A stretch of DNA of 58,851 bases from Paracoccaceae bacterium (GTDB lineage: Bacteria; Pseudomonadota; Alphaproteobacteria; Rhodobacterales; Rhodobacteraceae): the NCBI GenBank assembly GCA_013139635.1, contig WTAL01000163.1:1-58851 (forward strand), written 5' to 3'. The stretch's first letter is position 1, and every line of letters begins with the position of its first letter. Of this stretch, positions 37,798 through 46,605 are shown one piece after another. Below the pieces are notes generated by a model. The model had not been told where the DNA came from and did no database searches. It worked only from the letters and a program-made list of their open reading frames with translations. The position numbers were made by a program, and so were the translations under genes.

Positions 37798-39816
37798 ATG
37801 GCCCTCGGTCGGCGCGGCAGTGGGCGAGACGCCCCCAATATTTGGCCCGGATTTGTGGACGCCATGACGGCGCTTTTGCTGGTGCTGTTTTTCGTGATTT
37901 CCATTTTTATGATCGTGCAGTTTGTGCTGTCTGATACCGTTGATAAGCAAGACGAAGAACTGAGCTCGCTCTCCGAGCAGGTGGCGGGGTTAGCGGATGC
38001 TTTGGGGCTGGAGCAATCCCGCGGGCGGGCGCTGAACACTGAACTCGGGGAGCTAAATAGTGCCTTGAGTGAGGCCGAAAACCAGAGCAATGCGCAATCA
38101 GCCTTGATAGCGACCTTGACGCAGCAGCGCGATAGCCTGCAAACGCAAGCCAGTGAAAGCGCAGGGCGGATTACCGATTTTGAAGCGCAAATCGCAGCGC
38201 TGCTTTTGCAAAACCAATCGCTTGAAGGTACTGTGGCCGCAACGCAGGCCAGCCTGGATGCCGAGGCTGAGGCCGCGCGGCTGGCAGCGGCCCGCACCGA
38301 GGCGTTGCGGGCAATGATCGCGGACCTTGAAACCGCGCAATCCGGCAATGCCGCGCAGGTTTCGCAAATGCAGGCGCAAATCGAGAACGCAACGCAGGCG
38401 CTGTTTCTGGCCGAGGCCGCCAAGCGCGCCGCCCAGATTTCGGCCTCAGAACGCTCTGGTGAAATTACTCGGCTACGCCAGGAGCGCGATTCGGCACAAG
38501 CCCAGCTCGCCAGCCTGCGCGGAGAGCTGGATACTGCTACCACCGCCCTTGGGGATAACCGAGAGTTGGCCTTGCAGGAGGCGGTGGCGTTACGCGCCCA
38601 AATCGCGGCGCTCACCGAAGCCCGCCGCACGCTAAGCGAAGACCTGAATTTGGAGCAACTGGCGCGCATTGCTGTGCTCAAACAGCTTTCTGATGCCCAA
38701 GGCGCGCTGGATAATAGCGCTGAAAGCACCGCGCAAACCGAGGCCGAGCGCCTACGGCTAGAGGCATTATTAGCCGATAGCGAAAACCAGATCACCGCCG
38801 CGGAACTGGCGCTTGCCGAGCGCGCCGCCGCGCTGTCAGACGCCGAAAAAGGCCAGCTCGCCGAAGCCGCTGCCGCAGAGGCCCTACGCGCCCGCATGGC
38901 CAATGCCGATGCCGAGCTCACGGCCATGACACTCCAGCTGGAAGCCGAGCGCCAGCGCGCGCAAGATACGCTCACGCAATTGGCCGCACTCAGGGCGGCC
39001 CAGCGTGAGCTATCGGGCCAAGACCGGCAAAACCTTGAGGTGATCACTAGCCAGCAAGCGGCTCTGCAAGAGGCTGAGCGGTTGCTGGCAGGCGAAGAAT
39101 CCCGTTCGCTTGAAGCCCAGCGGCAAGTTGAGTTGCTAAACCAGCAGACAGCCGCTCTGCGCCAAGAGCTAAACCAGCTGCAAGGGTTGCTGGATGCGTC
39201 TTCGCTCGCCGATAGCGAAGCGCAAATAAGAATTGAGACGCTCGGCTCTGACCTCAACACAGCACTGGCCCGCGTGGCCGCCGAAGAGCGCGCCCGCGCC
39301 GATGCAGAAAGCCGCGAAAATGAACTTTTGGCGGCTGAGGCCGTGCGGCTGGAAGCCGAGGCCAATGATCTGCGCTCGTTCCGCTCCGAATTTTTCGGGC
39401 GCATGCGTGAAGTGCTGGGCGGGCGCGATGAATTGCAAGTGGTGGGGGACCGCTTTGTGTTTTCATCTGAAGTTTTATTCGAGCCAGGATCGGCAACGTT
39501 GGGCTTTGAGGGCCAGCAACAACTCTCTGATTTGGCAGGCGTAATTCGTGAGCTCGAAGGTGAAATCCCCCCCGAGATTAACTGGATATTACAGGTAGAA
39601 GGCCACACAGACGCGACAGGCAACGCCGCCAGCAACTGGGCACTTTCCCAAGCGCGCGCTCTGTCTGTGGTGACTTATTTGATTGATGTCGAGCGCCTCA
39701 CGCCCGCGCACCTGTCGGCCGCCGGCTTTGGCGAGTTTCAACCCATCGCCGAGGGGGACAGCCCGCAAGCTTTAGCGGCTAACCGGCGCATCGAGCTAAA
39801 ACTGACCGAGCGGTAA
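37798..39816 (+). CDS. MotB-like protein: TM plug, long coiled coil and OmpA-type peptidoglycan-binding domain
   Basis: The N-terminus IWPGFVDAMTALLLVLFF is a MotB-type TM helix with a conserved Asp. About 450 aa are A/L/E/Q-rich. The C-terminus has VEGHTDATGNAASNWALSQARALSVVTYL...ANRRIELKL. The ATG follows the upstream TAA directly. Confidence 0.8.
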   Translation: MALGRRGSGRDAPNIWPGFVDAMTALLLVLFFVISIFMIVQFVLSDTVDKQDEELSSLSEQVAGLADALGLEQSRGRALNTELGELNSALSEAENQSNAQSALIATLTQQRDSLQTQASESAGRITDFEAQIAALLLQNQSLEGTVAATQASLDAEAEAARLAAARTEALRAMIADLETAQSGNAAQVSQMQAQIENATQALFLAEAAKRAAQISASERSGEITRLRQERDSAQAQLASLRGELDTATTALGDNRELALQEAVALRAQIAALTEARRTLSEDLNLEQLARIAVLKQLSDAQGALDNSAESTAQTEAERLRLEALLADSENQITAAELALAERAAALSDAEKGQLAEAAAAEALRARMANADAELTAMTLQLEAERQRAQDTLTQLAALRAAQRELSGQDRQNLEVITSQQAALQEAERLLAGEESRSLEAQRQVELLNQQTAALRQELNQLQGLLDASSLADSEAQIRIETLGSDLNTALARVAAEERARADAESRENELLAAEAVRLEAEANDLRSFRSEFFGRMREVLGGRDELQVVGDRFVFSSEVLFEPGSATLGFEGQQQLSDLAGVIRELEGEIPPEINWILQVEGHTDATGNAASNWALSQARALSVVTYLIDVERLTPAHLSAAGFGEFQPIAEGDSPQALAANRRIELKLTER

Positions 39817-39821
39817 TTACC

Positions 39822-40009
39822 GGTTGTGCTTGCACAACCCGCGCCGACAAGGTGGCCCGAAGGGTCGCCGCGGAGGCGCGACGCTAGAGCTGACCGAAAG
39901 TCCCGAGCTTGCTTTGACCTCTGCGGGGGTAAACCTCCACTCGGTCAAAGCACGTTTTTCAGCAAGCTGAAAAAACGCCTGCCGCTGGCCGTGGCCTCGC
40001 TACGCTCGG
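39822..40009 (+). repeat. composite intergenic repeat (modules M1 + M2), reference copy
   Basis: It fills the convergent spacer between the MotB-like gene and clpA. Several perfect hairpins. The modules recur at 30957, 45566 and 55846. Confidence 0.85.
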
Positions 40010-40015
40010 CGGCGC

Positions 40016-42334
40016 TTACTCGGTTGTCAGCATTGGTGGTTTTTTCGGCGTCGAAATCCGCAGCTTTTCCGGCTGCAATATCTCCAGATGGATTTTGCCA
40101 TCTTTCACCTCAACCCGCACCGAGCCGCCTTTGGCGAGCTTGCCAAACAGCAGCTCCTCCGCCAGAGGCTTCTTAATATACTCCTGAATGGTACGTCCCA
40201 AAGGCCGAGCGCCCATATTTTCAGAGTAGCCTTTTTTGGCCAGCCAATTGGCCGCTGGCTCGGTCAGCTCAATGGTTACATTGCGATCCATCAATTGTGC
40301 TTCAAGCTGAAGCACAAACTTTTCAACCACTTTCAGGATAACCTCACGCGGCAGCGTGCTGAAGCTGATAACGGCATCAAGGCGATTGCGAAATTCCGGC
40401 GTAAACGTGCGCTCAATCGCGGCAGTATCTTCGCCTGTGCGCTTGCTATCCCCAAAGCCTATGGCCGATTTTGCCTGCTCGGCGGCGCCTGCATTGCTGG
40501 TCATAATCAGCACCACATTACGAAAATCAATCGCTTTGCCGTTATGGTCTGTCAGCTTGCCGTGGTCCATCACTTGCAACAAAATGTTAAACACATCGGG
40601 GTGGGCTTTTTCGATTTCGTCAAGCAGCAGCACGCAGTGCGGGTGTTGGTCAACACCATCTGTCAGCAGCCCGCCTTGGTCAAAGCCAACATAGCCCGGA
40701 GGCGCACCGATTAGGCGGCTAACCGCGTGTTTTTCCATGTATTCCGACATATCAAACCGCAGCAGTTCAACGCCCAAAGTATCCGCCAACTGTTTGGCAG
40801 CTTCGGTTTTGCCCACGCCCGTAGGCCCTGCAAACAGGTAGCTGCCAATCGGCTTTTCTGGCTCGCGCAGCCCTGCGCGGGCCAGCTTGATAGAGCTGGA
40901 AAGCGCCGTAATCGCGTCATCCTGCCCAAACACCACCCGCTTGAGGCTCTTCTCAAGGTCGCGCAGCACTTCGCTATCGTCCTTAGAAACGCTTTTGGCT
41001 GGAATGCGAGCAATTTTCGCGACAACCGCCTCAATATCCTTGGTGCCAATGGTTTTGCGGCGTTTGCTTTCGGCCACCAGCATTTGCGCCGCCCCCGCTT
41101 CGTCAATCACGTCAATCGCGCTGTCGGGCAGTTTGCGGTCGTTAATATAGCGCGCCGCCATATCAACCGCGGTTTTGATGCCGTCATTCGTATAGCGAAT
41201 ATCGTGATGCTTTTCGAAATACGGCTTAAGCCCCATCAAAATCTTGATAGCATCCGGAATGCTCGGCTCGTTCACGTCAATCTTTTGGAAGCGCCGTGCC
41301 AGCGCACGGTCTTTCTCAAAATGTTGCCGGAATTCTTTATAAGTTGTCGAGCCCATGCAGCGCAGCTTGCCGCCTTGCAAGGCGGGCTTCAGCAAATTAG
41401 ACGCATCCATCGCCCCGCCAGAGGTGGCCCCCGCGCCAATCACCGTATGGATTTCGTCGATAAACAGCACGGCGTTATCGTGCTCTTCCATCTCGGTCAT
41501 CACTGCTTTGAGCCGCTCCTCAAAGTCGCCCCGATACCGCGTGCCTGCCAGCAGTGCGCCCATATCGAGCGAGAATATCGTGGTCTCAGCCAGCACTTTT
41601 GGCACTTCCTCATCCACAATCTTGCGCGCCAACCCTTCGGCTATCGCAGTTTTGCCCACGCCCGGATCTCCGACCAGAATCGGATTATTCTTCCGGCGGC
41701 GGCATAAAATCTGGATGCAGCGATCCACCTCGTGCTGGCGGCCAATCAGAGGGTCCACCTCGCCCGCCCGCGCTTTCGCGTTCAGGTCGTCGCAATATTT
41801 CTCCAGCGCTGTTTCTTTTTTCTCTTCTTCTGGCGCAGCATCCTCCGCCATATCGCCCGCGCCTTGCAGTGGCACATGCTCGCTATAGGCCGGGTCTTTC
41901 GCCACCCCGTGGCTAATGAAATTCACCGCGTCATAGCGGGTCATGTCCTGCTGTTGCAGATAATAGGCCGCGTGGCTTTCTCGCTCGGTAAAGATGGCCA
42001 CAAGCACATTTGCGCCCGTCACCTCGGCGTGGCCCGAGCTTTGCACATGAATGGCAGCGCGCTGAATAACCCGCTGAAAGCCGGTCGTCGGCGCGGCTTC
42101 GGTGCCCTCAACCTCCGAAACAAGCGAATCCAGCTCATTATCAATAAACCGCGTGAGTCGCCGCTTCAGCTTATCCATATCAACGGCACAGGCGACCATA
42201 ACTTTACGGGCCTCCGGCTCGTCAACCAGCGCCAAAAGCAGGTGCTCTAGCGTGGCCAACTCGTGCCGGCGCTCGTTCGCGAGGCTCAGCGCTTTGTGGA
42301 TGGCCTCTTCAAGGGTGGTGGAAAATGATGGCAT
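40016..42334 (-). CDS. clpA: ATP-dependent Clp protease ATP-binding subunit ClpA
   Basis: 772 aa. Clp N domain and two AAA+ modules (GDPGVGKTAIAEGLA, GPTGVGKTEAAKQLA). AGGAGG lies upstream of the ATG. Confidence 0.96.
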   Translation of the reverse strand: MPSFSTTLEEAIHKALSLANERRHELATLEHLLLALVDEPEARKVMVACAVDMDKLKRRLTRFIDNELDSLVSEVEGTEAAPTTGFQRVIQRAAIHVQSSGHAEVTGANVLVAIFTERESHAAYYLQQQDMTRYDAVNFISHGVAKDPAYSEHVPLQGAGDMAEDAAPEEEKKETALEKYCDDLNAKARAGEVDPLIGRQHEVDRCIQILCRRRKNNPILVGDPGVGKTAIAEGLARKIVDEEVPKVLAETTIFSLDMGALLAGTRYRGDFEERLKAVMTEMEEHDNAVLFIDEIHTVIGAGATSGGAMDASNLLKPALQGGKLRCMGSTTYKEFRQHFEKDRALARRFQKIDVNEPSIPDAIKILMGLKPYFEKHHDIRYTNDGIKTAVDMAARYINDRKLPDSAIDVIDEAGAAQMLVAESKRRKTIGTKDIEAVVAKIARIPAKSVSKDDSEVLRDLEKSLKRVVFGQDDAITALSSSIKLARAGLREPEKPIGSYLFAGPTGVGKTEAAKQLADTLGVELLRFDMSEYMEKHAVSRLIGAPPGYVGFDQGGLLTDGVDQHPHCVLLLDEIEKAHPDVFNILLQVMDHGKLTDHNGKAIDFRNVVLIMTSNAGAAEQAKSAIGFGDSKRTGEDTAAIERTFTPEFRNRLDAVISFSTLPREVILKVVEKFVLQLEAQLMDRNVTIELTEPAANWLAKKGYSENMGARPLGRTIQEYIKKPLAEELLFGKLAKGGSVRVEVKDGKIHLEILQPEKLRISTPKKPPMLTTE

Positions 42335-42617
42335 GATGCCTCCTAACCCGAATAATAAAATGCAACTGCGCGTACCGCAGCCTAATGCTTATCCTTTAAT
42401 TTCGGGTTTATTTCCCGAGCTTCAAGGGAAAAGCGCTCAAATGAGCTAAATAATCCGTGATCGGGCGGTTTGGCTGCGTCATAACTACCATAAGTAGCAC
42501 GGACGACTGGGGATGCACCTTTAATTGCACTCACATGATTATGCAGGCTTTATTGATGCAGCGCATATTCTGTGGTTTTATATGCCTGTAAACGTCAAAA
42601 ATACGACCGCGCTAAAA

Positions 42618-43733
42618 ATGGAGCCGCCAATGGCTGATATGCACCCGCTTGCAGGGCTAAAAATTGTTGAGTTCGCCGGCATTGGCCCCGCGCCCTATGC
42701 GGGCCAGCTTTTGGCTGATCTCGGGGCTGATGTGGTGGTCATTGATCGCCCCAAACGCGGCGAAATTGGCTTGGCGCAAAGCCCTGATCGGCGGGGCAAG
42801 CGCTCTATCGTGATTAACCTGAAAACCGAGGCGGGCAGGGCGGTGGCTGAGAAGCTGGCCCAATGGGCCGATGTGCTGATTGAGGGCAACCGCCCGGGTG
42901 TGATGGAGCGGCTAGGGCTGGGGCCAGCGCCGCTGATGGCCGCAAACCCCGCACTGGTGTATGCGCGCATGACAGGCTGGGGACAAACCGGCCCGATGGC
43001 CATGCAGGCGGGGCATGATATCAATTACCTGTCTCTGACTGGCGCTTTGCAGGCCATGGGCGATGCAGACCGCCCGCCGCCCCCGCCGCTTAACCTTGTA
43101 GGTGATTTTGGCGGCGGCTCGATGTTTCTCATCATGGGGATTCTTTCCGCGCTTTATGCGGCCCGCAGCACGGGCAAAGGGCAGGTGGTAGATGCCGCGA
43201 TTGTGGATGGCGTGAACTCCATGATGGGCATGTTTCACGGCCTCCACGCCGCGGGCGGCTGGACGCCGGAGCGGCAGAGCAACTGGCTGGATAGCGGTGT
43301 GCCATACTACCGTTGCTACGGCAGCAAGGATGGGCGCTTTGTGGCAGTGGGCGCGATTGAAGCGAAGTTTCATGCGGAGATGCTTTCTCGGCTTGGCGTG
43401 CCGCCTGAAAGCTATGGCGCGCAGCATGATAAGCATTTGCACGCCGCGCAAATGGCGCAGCTGGAAGCCGTGTTTGCCACGAAAACTATGGCTGAATGGG
43501 CTGAGGTCTTTGCGGGGAGTGACGCCTGCGTAACCCCCGTGCTCACCTATGAAGAGGCGGCGGATGACCCGCATATGGCGGCGCGCACGGCGTTAACGCA
43601 GGTAAAAGGCACCCGCCAGCCAGCGGTTGCCCCACGCATGGGTGCGGCAATTCCGTTGCCCACGGAAATGCCCGAAGATGGGGCCGATACAAACGAAATT
43701 CTTGAAATGCTGGGCGCTGAAGGGCAGGCTTGA
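42618..43733 (+). CDS. family III CoA-transferase (CaiB/BaiF, alpha-methylacyl-CoA racemase-like)
   Basis: PLAGLKIVEFAGIGPAPYAGQLLADLGADVVVIDRP, LIEGNRPGVMERLGLGP and GHDINYL. The start is chosen among ATG 42618, 42630 and 42639. Confidence 0.87.
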   Translation: MEPPMADMHPLAGLKIVEFAGIGPAPYAGQLLADLGADVVVIDRPKRGEIGLAQSPDRRGKRSIVINLKTEAGRAVAEKLAQWADVLIEGNRPGVMERLGLGPAPLMAANPALVYARMTGWGQTGPMAMQAGHDINYLSLTGALQAMGDADRPPPPPLNLVGDFGGGSMFLIMGILSALYAARSTGKGQVVDAAIVDGVNSMMGMFHGLHAAGGWTPERQSNWLDSGVPYYRCYGSKDGRFVAVGAIEAKFHAEMLSRLGVPPESYGAQHDKHLHAAQMAQLEAVFATKTMAEWAEVFAGSDACVTPVLTYEEAADDPHMAARTALTQVKGTRQPAVAPRMGAAIPLPTEMPEDGADTNEILEMLGAEGQA

Positions 43734-43734
43734 T

Positions 43735-44919
43735 ATGGCACTAAAAGAGCAGGGCATCGCCATTATTGGCGCGGGGATTGGCGGGCTGGCGGTGGCCACA
43801 GCGCTGGCCCAAAAAGGCGCGCGGGTGCGGGTTTTTGAGCAGGCCGACGGGCTGGGTGAAGTGGGCGCAGGCTTGCAGATAAGCCCTAACGGCGTGGCCG
43901 TGCTGGACGCGCTGGGGCTTCGAGATGCCGCCGCCAAGCTGGCCAACACCCCCGAGGCCGTGGTGCTGCGCGATTATCGCGGAGCCGAGGTGGTGCGCCT
44001 GCCCATGGGGGCCAGCGCTGAGATGCGCTATGGCAAGCCCTACTGGCAGTTTCATCGGGCTGATTTGCTGGGTGTGCTGGCCGAGGGCGCGCGGAATGCA
44101 GGGGTAGAGCTGGTGTTTGGCCATCGGCTTGCCGAAGTTTCACAGAAAAACGCCCGCGTTTCGGCGCGCTTTGGCAATGAGAGCACTGCCGAGGCCGATT
44201 GCCTGATCGGGGCCGACGGCGTGCGCTCTGTAGTGCGGGGCCTCGCCCTGCAAGGCCGCCCCGCCGAATTTACCGGGCAAGTGGCGTGGCGCGGGCTGGT
44301 GCCTAGCGACCGCCTGCCAAAAGGGCTATTTGAAAACGCAGCACAGGTGTTTATGGGCAAAGGGCGGCACCTTGTGGTCTATCCTTTGCGCGGCGGCACG
44401 CTGATCAATTTTGTGGCGGTGGAGGAGCGCGCGGGCTGGGCCGATGAGGGCTGGAGCCTTCCAGACTCGCCCGAAAACCTGCGCGCCGCGTTTCAAGGCT
44501 TCGCCCCGCCCGTGCAGGCGCTTTTGGCGCAGGTCGATGAGACCTTCCTTTGGGGCCTGTTTAACCATCCGGTGCTGCCGAACTGGTCGAATGGCCGTAT
44601 TGGCCTTGTGGGTGATGCCTGCCACCCCATGCTGCCTTTCCTCGCGCAAGGGGCTGTAATGGGGCTGGAAGATGCGTTTGTGCTAGCCGAAGCACTGGAG
44701 GTTAACGGCATTGAAAAGGGCTTTCAGGCCTATGAAGCCACCCGCAAAGCGCGCGCCACCCGCGTGCAAAAAGGGGCGGCGCGCAATGCGTGGTCTTACC
44801 ACCTGCGCAACCCCCTACTGCGCGGGGCGGCACACAAGTTGTTAGGGATGGCACCACAGAACACCTTGCTGGGGCAGTTTGATTACCTGTATGGTCATGA
44901 CGTGACGGATAAGAACTAG
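43735..44919 (+). CDS. FAD-dependent aromatic monooxygenase (salicylate hydroxylase-like)
   Basis: IAIIGAGIGGLAVATALAQKGARVRVFEQ (the dinucleotide fold) and LVGDACHPMLPFLAQGAVMGLEDA. The ATG lies 1 nt after the upstream TGA. Confidence 0.87.
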   Translation: MALKEQGIAIIGAGIGGLAVATALAQKGARVRVFEQADGLGEVGAGLQISPNGVAVLDALGLRDAAAKLANTPEAVVLRDYRGAEVVRLPMGASAEMRYGKPYWQFHRADLLGVLAEGARNAGVELVFGHRLAEVSQKNARVSARFGNESTAEADCLIGADGVRSVVRGLALQGRPAEFTGQVAWRGLVPSDRLPKGLFENAAQVFMGKGRHLVVYPLRGGTLINFVAVEERAGWADEGWSLPDSPENLRAAFQGFAPPVQALLAQVDETFLWGLFNHPVLPNWSNGRIGLVGDACHPMLPFLAQGAVMGLEDAFVLAEALEVNGIEKGFQAYEATRKARATRVQKGAARNAWSYHLRNPLLRGAAHKLLGMAPQNTLLGQFDYLYGHDVTDKN

Positions 44920-44926
44920 AGGCTAC

Positions 44927-45562
44927 ATGCTGAAACACCTGATATTTATCATTGGCTTAACGCCTGCTGTGAGCATGGCGCAAAGCTTCCCCGCGCTTGG
45001 CGCAGGCGGCACCAGTTGCGATTCGCTCTGGATTGAGCGTAATCAAATACTCAACGCCGCCGGATATTGCTTTGATACCCGCCTCGGGCTCGCGGTGTTT
45101 GATAACAGCGATTGCACGCCCGGCATGCCGTCGCTGCCAGAAACAGCCCTCAACCAAATAGCAGACATAGAATTGGCTGAGGTAGGGCGGCTATGCGATA
45201 TAAATACCGACAGTACCCAGATTTCAGTGAACGGCCGATATGGTCCCCTGCGCTTTGGCACGGGTGGCCTTACGCTCGGCCTCTGGCCCGATGTGCTGCA
45301 AAACCTTGACGTATTTCCGCAAATTACCGGGCGGGTGCGCAGCTGCACGGTTTCTGGCCTATCGGCTGAAGGCGATAGCTTTCTGGCTCTGCGCAGTGGC
45401 CCAGACACACGTTACCCGCAAATTGGACAGCTGATGAATGGCGAACGTGTGTTCTCCAGCGCTGCCTGCATGGGCCGCTGGTGTTTTGCCGACAGCGTGC
45501 AAAACGGAAACCGCCAAGCGTTACGAAACGGTTGGTTTCATGTGCGGTGGTGCCAGCCATAA
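44927..45562 (+). CDS. secreted Cys-containing protein with a C-terminal SH3-like region
   Basis: Signal peptide MLKHLIFIIGLTPAVSMAQ. The N-terminal CDSLWIERNQILNAAGYCF is YARHG-like. The C-terminal FLALRSGPDTRYPQIGQLMNGERV resembles bacterial SH3. Confidence 0.5.
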   Translation: MLKHLIFIIGLTPAVSMAQSFPALGAGGTSCDSLWIERNQILNAAGYCFDTRLGLAVFDNSDCTPGMPSLPETALNQIADIELAEVGRLCDINTDSTQISVNGRYGPLRFGTGGLTLGLWPDVLQNLDVFPQITGRVRSCTVSGLSAEGDSFLALRSGPDTRYPQIGQLMNGERVFSSAACMGRWCFADSVQNGNRQALRNGWFHVRWCQP

Positions 45563-45565
45563 CCA

Positions 45566-45775
45566 CCGAGCGCAGCGAGGCTAGGGCCAGCGGCAGTCGT
45601 TTTTCAGTTTACTGAAAAATGTGCTTTGGCCGAGTGGGGCTTTAGCCCCGCAGAGGTCAAAGCAAGCTCGGAGCTGGCGGTCAATTCCGGCCTCGCGCCG
45701 CCTCGGCGGCCTGCAGTAGCAATTTGTATGCAAAATTGCGAAAGTTAGCAGCCCACCATGTCGGCGCGTTGGGCG
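45566..45775 (-). repeat. composite intergenic repeat (inverted: M2, divergent M1 halves, one M3 unit)
   Basis: 45566-45683 is the reverse complement of 39891-40009 (roughly 85-90 percent by hand alignment). 45718-45740 is the reverse complement of the 55873-type core. Confidence 0.8.
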
Positions 45776-46546
45776 TTAGACGTCGAGGTCTATCCATATC
45801 GGTACGTGGTCAGATGGCTTTTCACGCCCCCGCATATGGCGGTCTATCTCGCAAGCTTTTAGGCGGTCGGCGGCTTGGGGGGAGAGCAGGTGGTGGTCAA
45901 TTCTGATACCGTTATTGCGGTTCCATGCGCCCGCTTGGAAATCCCAAAACGTATAGGTGAGCGGGGCGGGGTTGAGCGCGCGCAGGGCATCGGTGAAACC
46001 TAGGTTTAGCACCTTGCGAAAGGCGCTTAGGCTTTCGGGGTGATAAAGGGCATCGCCCTCCCAGTTCTCAATATTATGGGCGTCTTCCGGCTGCGGGATG
46101 ATGTTATAATCCCCCGCCATCACCACCATTTCCTCGCTCTCAAGCAAGGCTTGTGCGCGGGCGTGTAGCCGCCTCATCCATGCCAGCTTATAGTCAAACT
46201 TTGGCCCTGGCAGCGGGTTGCCATTGGGCAAATACAGGCAGCAGATTCGCACGGTATCTATCGTCGCTTCAATCCAGCGGGCTTGCTCATCGTCATCATC
46301 GCCGGGCAATCCGCGCGTCACGTCTTCGATCGGCAGTTTTGACAGAATAGCCACGCCGTTAAAGCTTTTTTGTCCGTGGGTCACTACGTTATAGCCCAGA
46401 TCCTCAATCGCTTCGCGCGGGAAGTTTTCGTCAACTGACTTGATTTCCTGCAACAAGGCCACGTCAATATTGCTCTCCTGCAACCATTCGGTTAATCGTG
46501 GCAGGCGGGCCTTTATTCCGTTAATGTTAAATGAGGCGATTTTCAT
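45776..46546 (-). CDS. xthA: exodeoxyribonuclease III
   Basis: MKIASFNINGIKARLPRL, LLQEIK, and the C-terminal SDHVPIWIDL. ATG 46546 is preferred over the longer track ORF. Confidence 0.93.
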   Translation of the reverse strand: MKIASFNINGIKARLPRLTEWLQESNIDVALLQEIKSVDENFPREAIEDLGYNVVTHGQKSFNGVAILSKLPIEDVTRGLPGDDDDEQARWIEATIDTVRICCLYLPNGNPLPGPKFDYKLAWMRRLHARAQALLESEEMVVMAGDYNIIPQPEDAHNIENWEGDALYHPESLSAFRKVLNLGFTDALRALNPAPLTYTFWDFQAGAWNRNNGIRIDHHLLSPQAADRLKACEIDRHMRGREKPSDHVPIWIDLDV

Positions 46547-46605
46547 GGCGGGCTCCGGATTTTTTTCGCATGCTATGGGGCCACGCTGCAATAGGCAAGG
46601 AGCCG

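Noticed and set aside
37794-39635. 613-aa minus-strand ORF antisense to the coiled-coil gene
   Set aside because: Its translation is low-complexity Ser/Ala/Cys/Arg-rich (SASS..SCAR..). It is the mirror image of an Ala/Leu/Glu/Gln-rich gene whose GCN and CTG codons rarely create antisense stops. The plus-strand frame has clear MotB and OmpA motifs.
40088-42250. Several plus-strand ORFs (208, 326, 177 and 172 aa) across clpA
   Set aside because: They are shadows of the 772-aa ClpA frame and contain no motifs.
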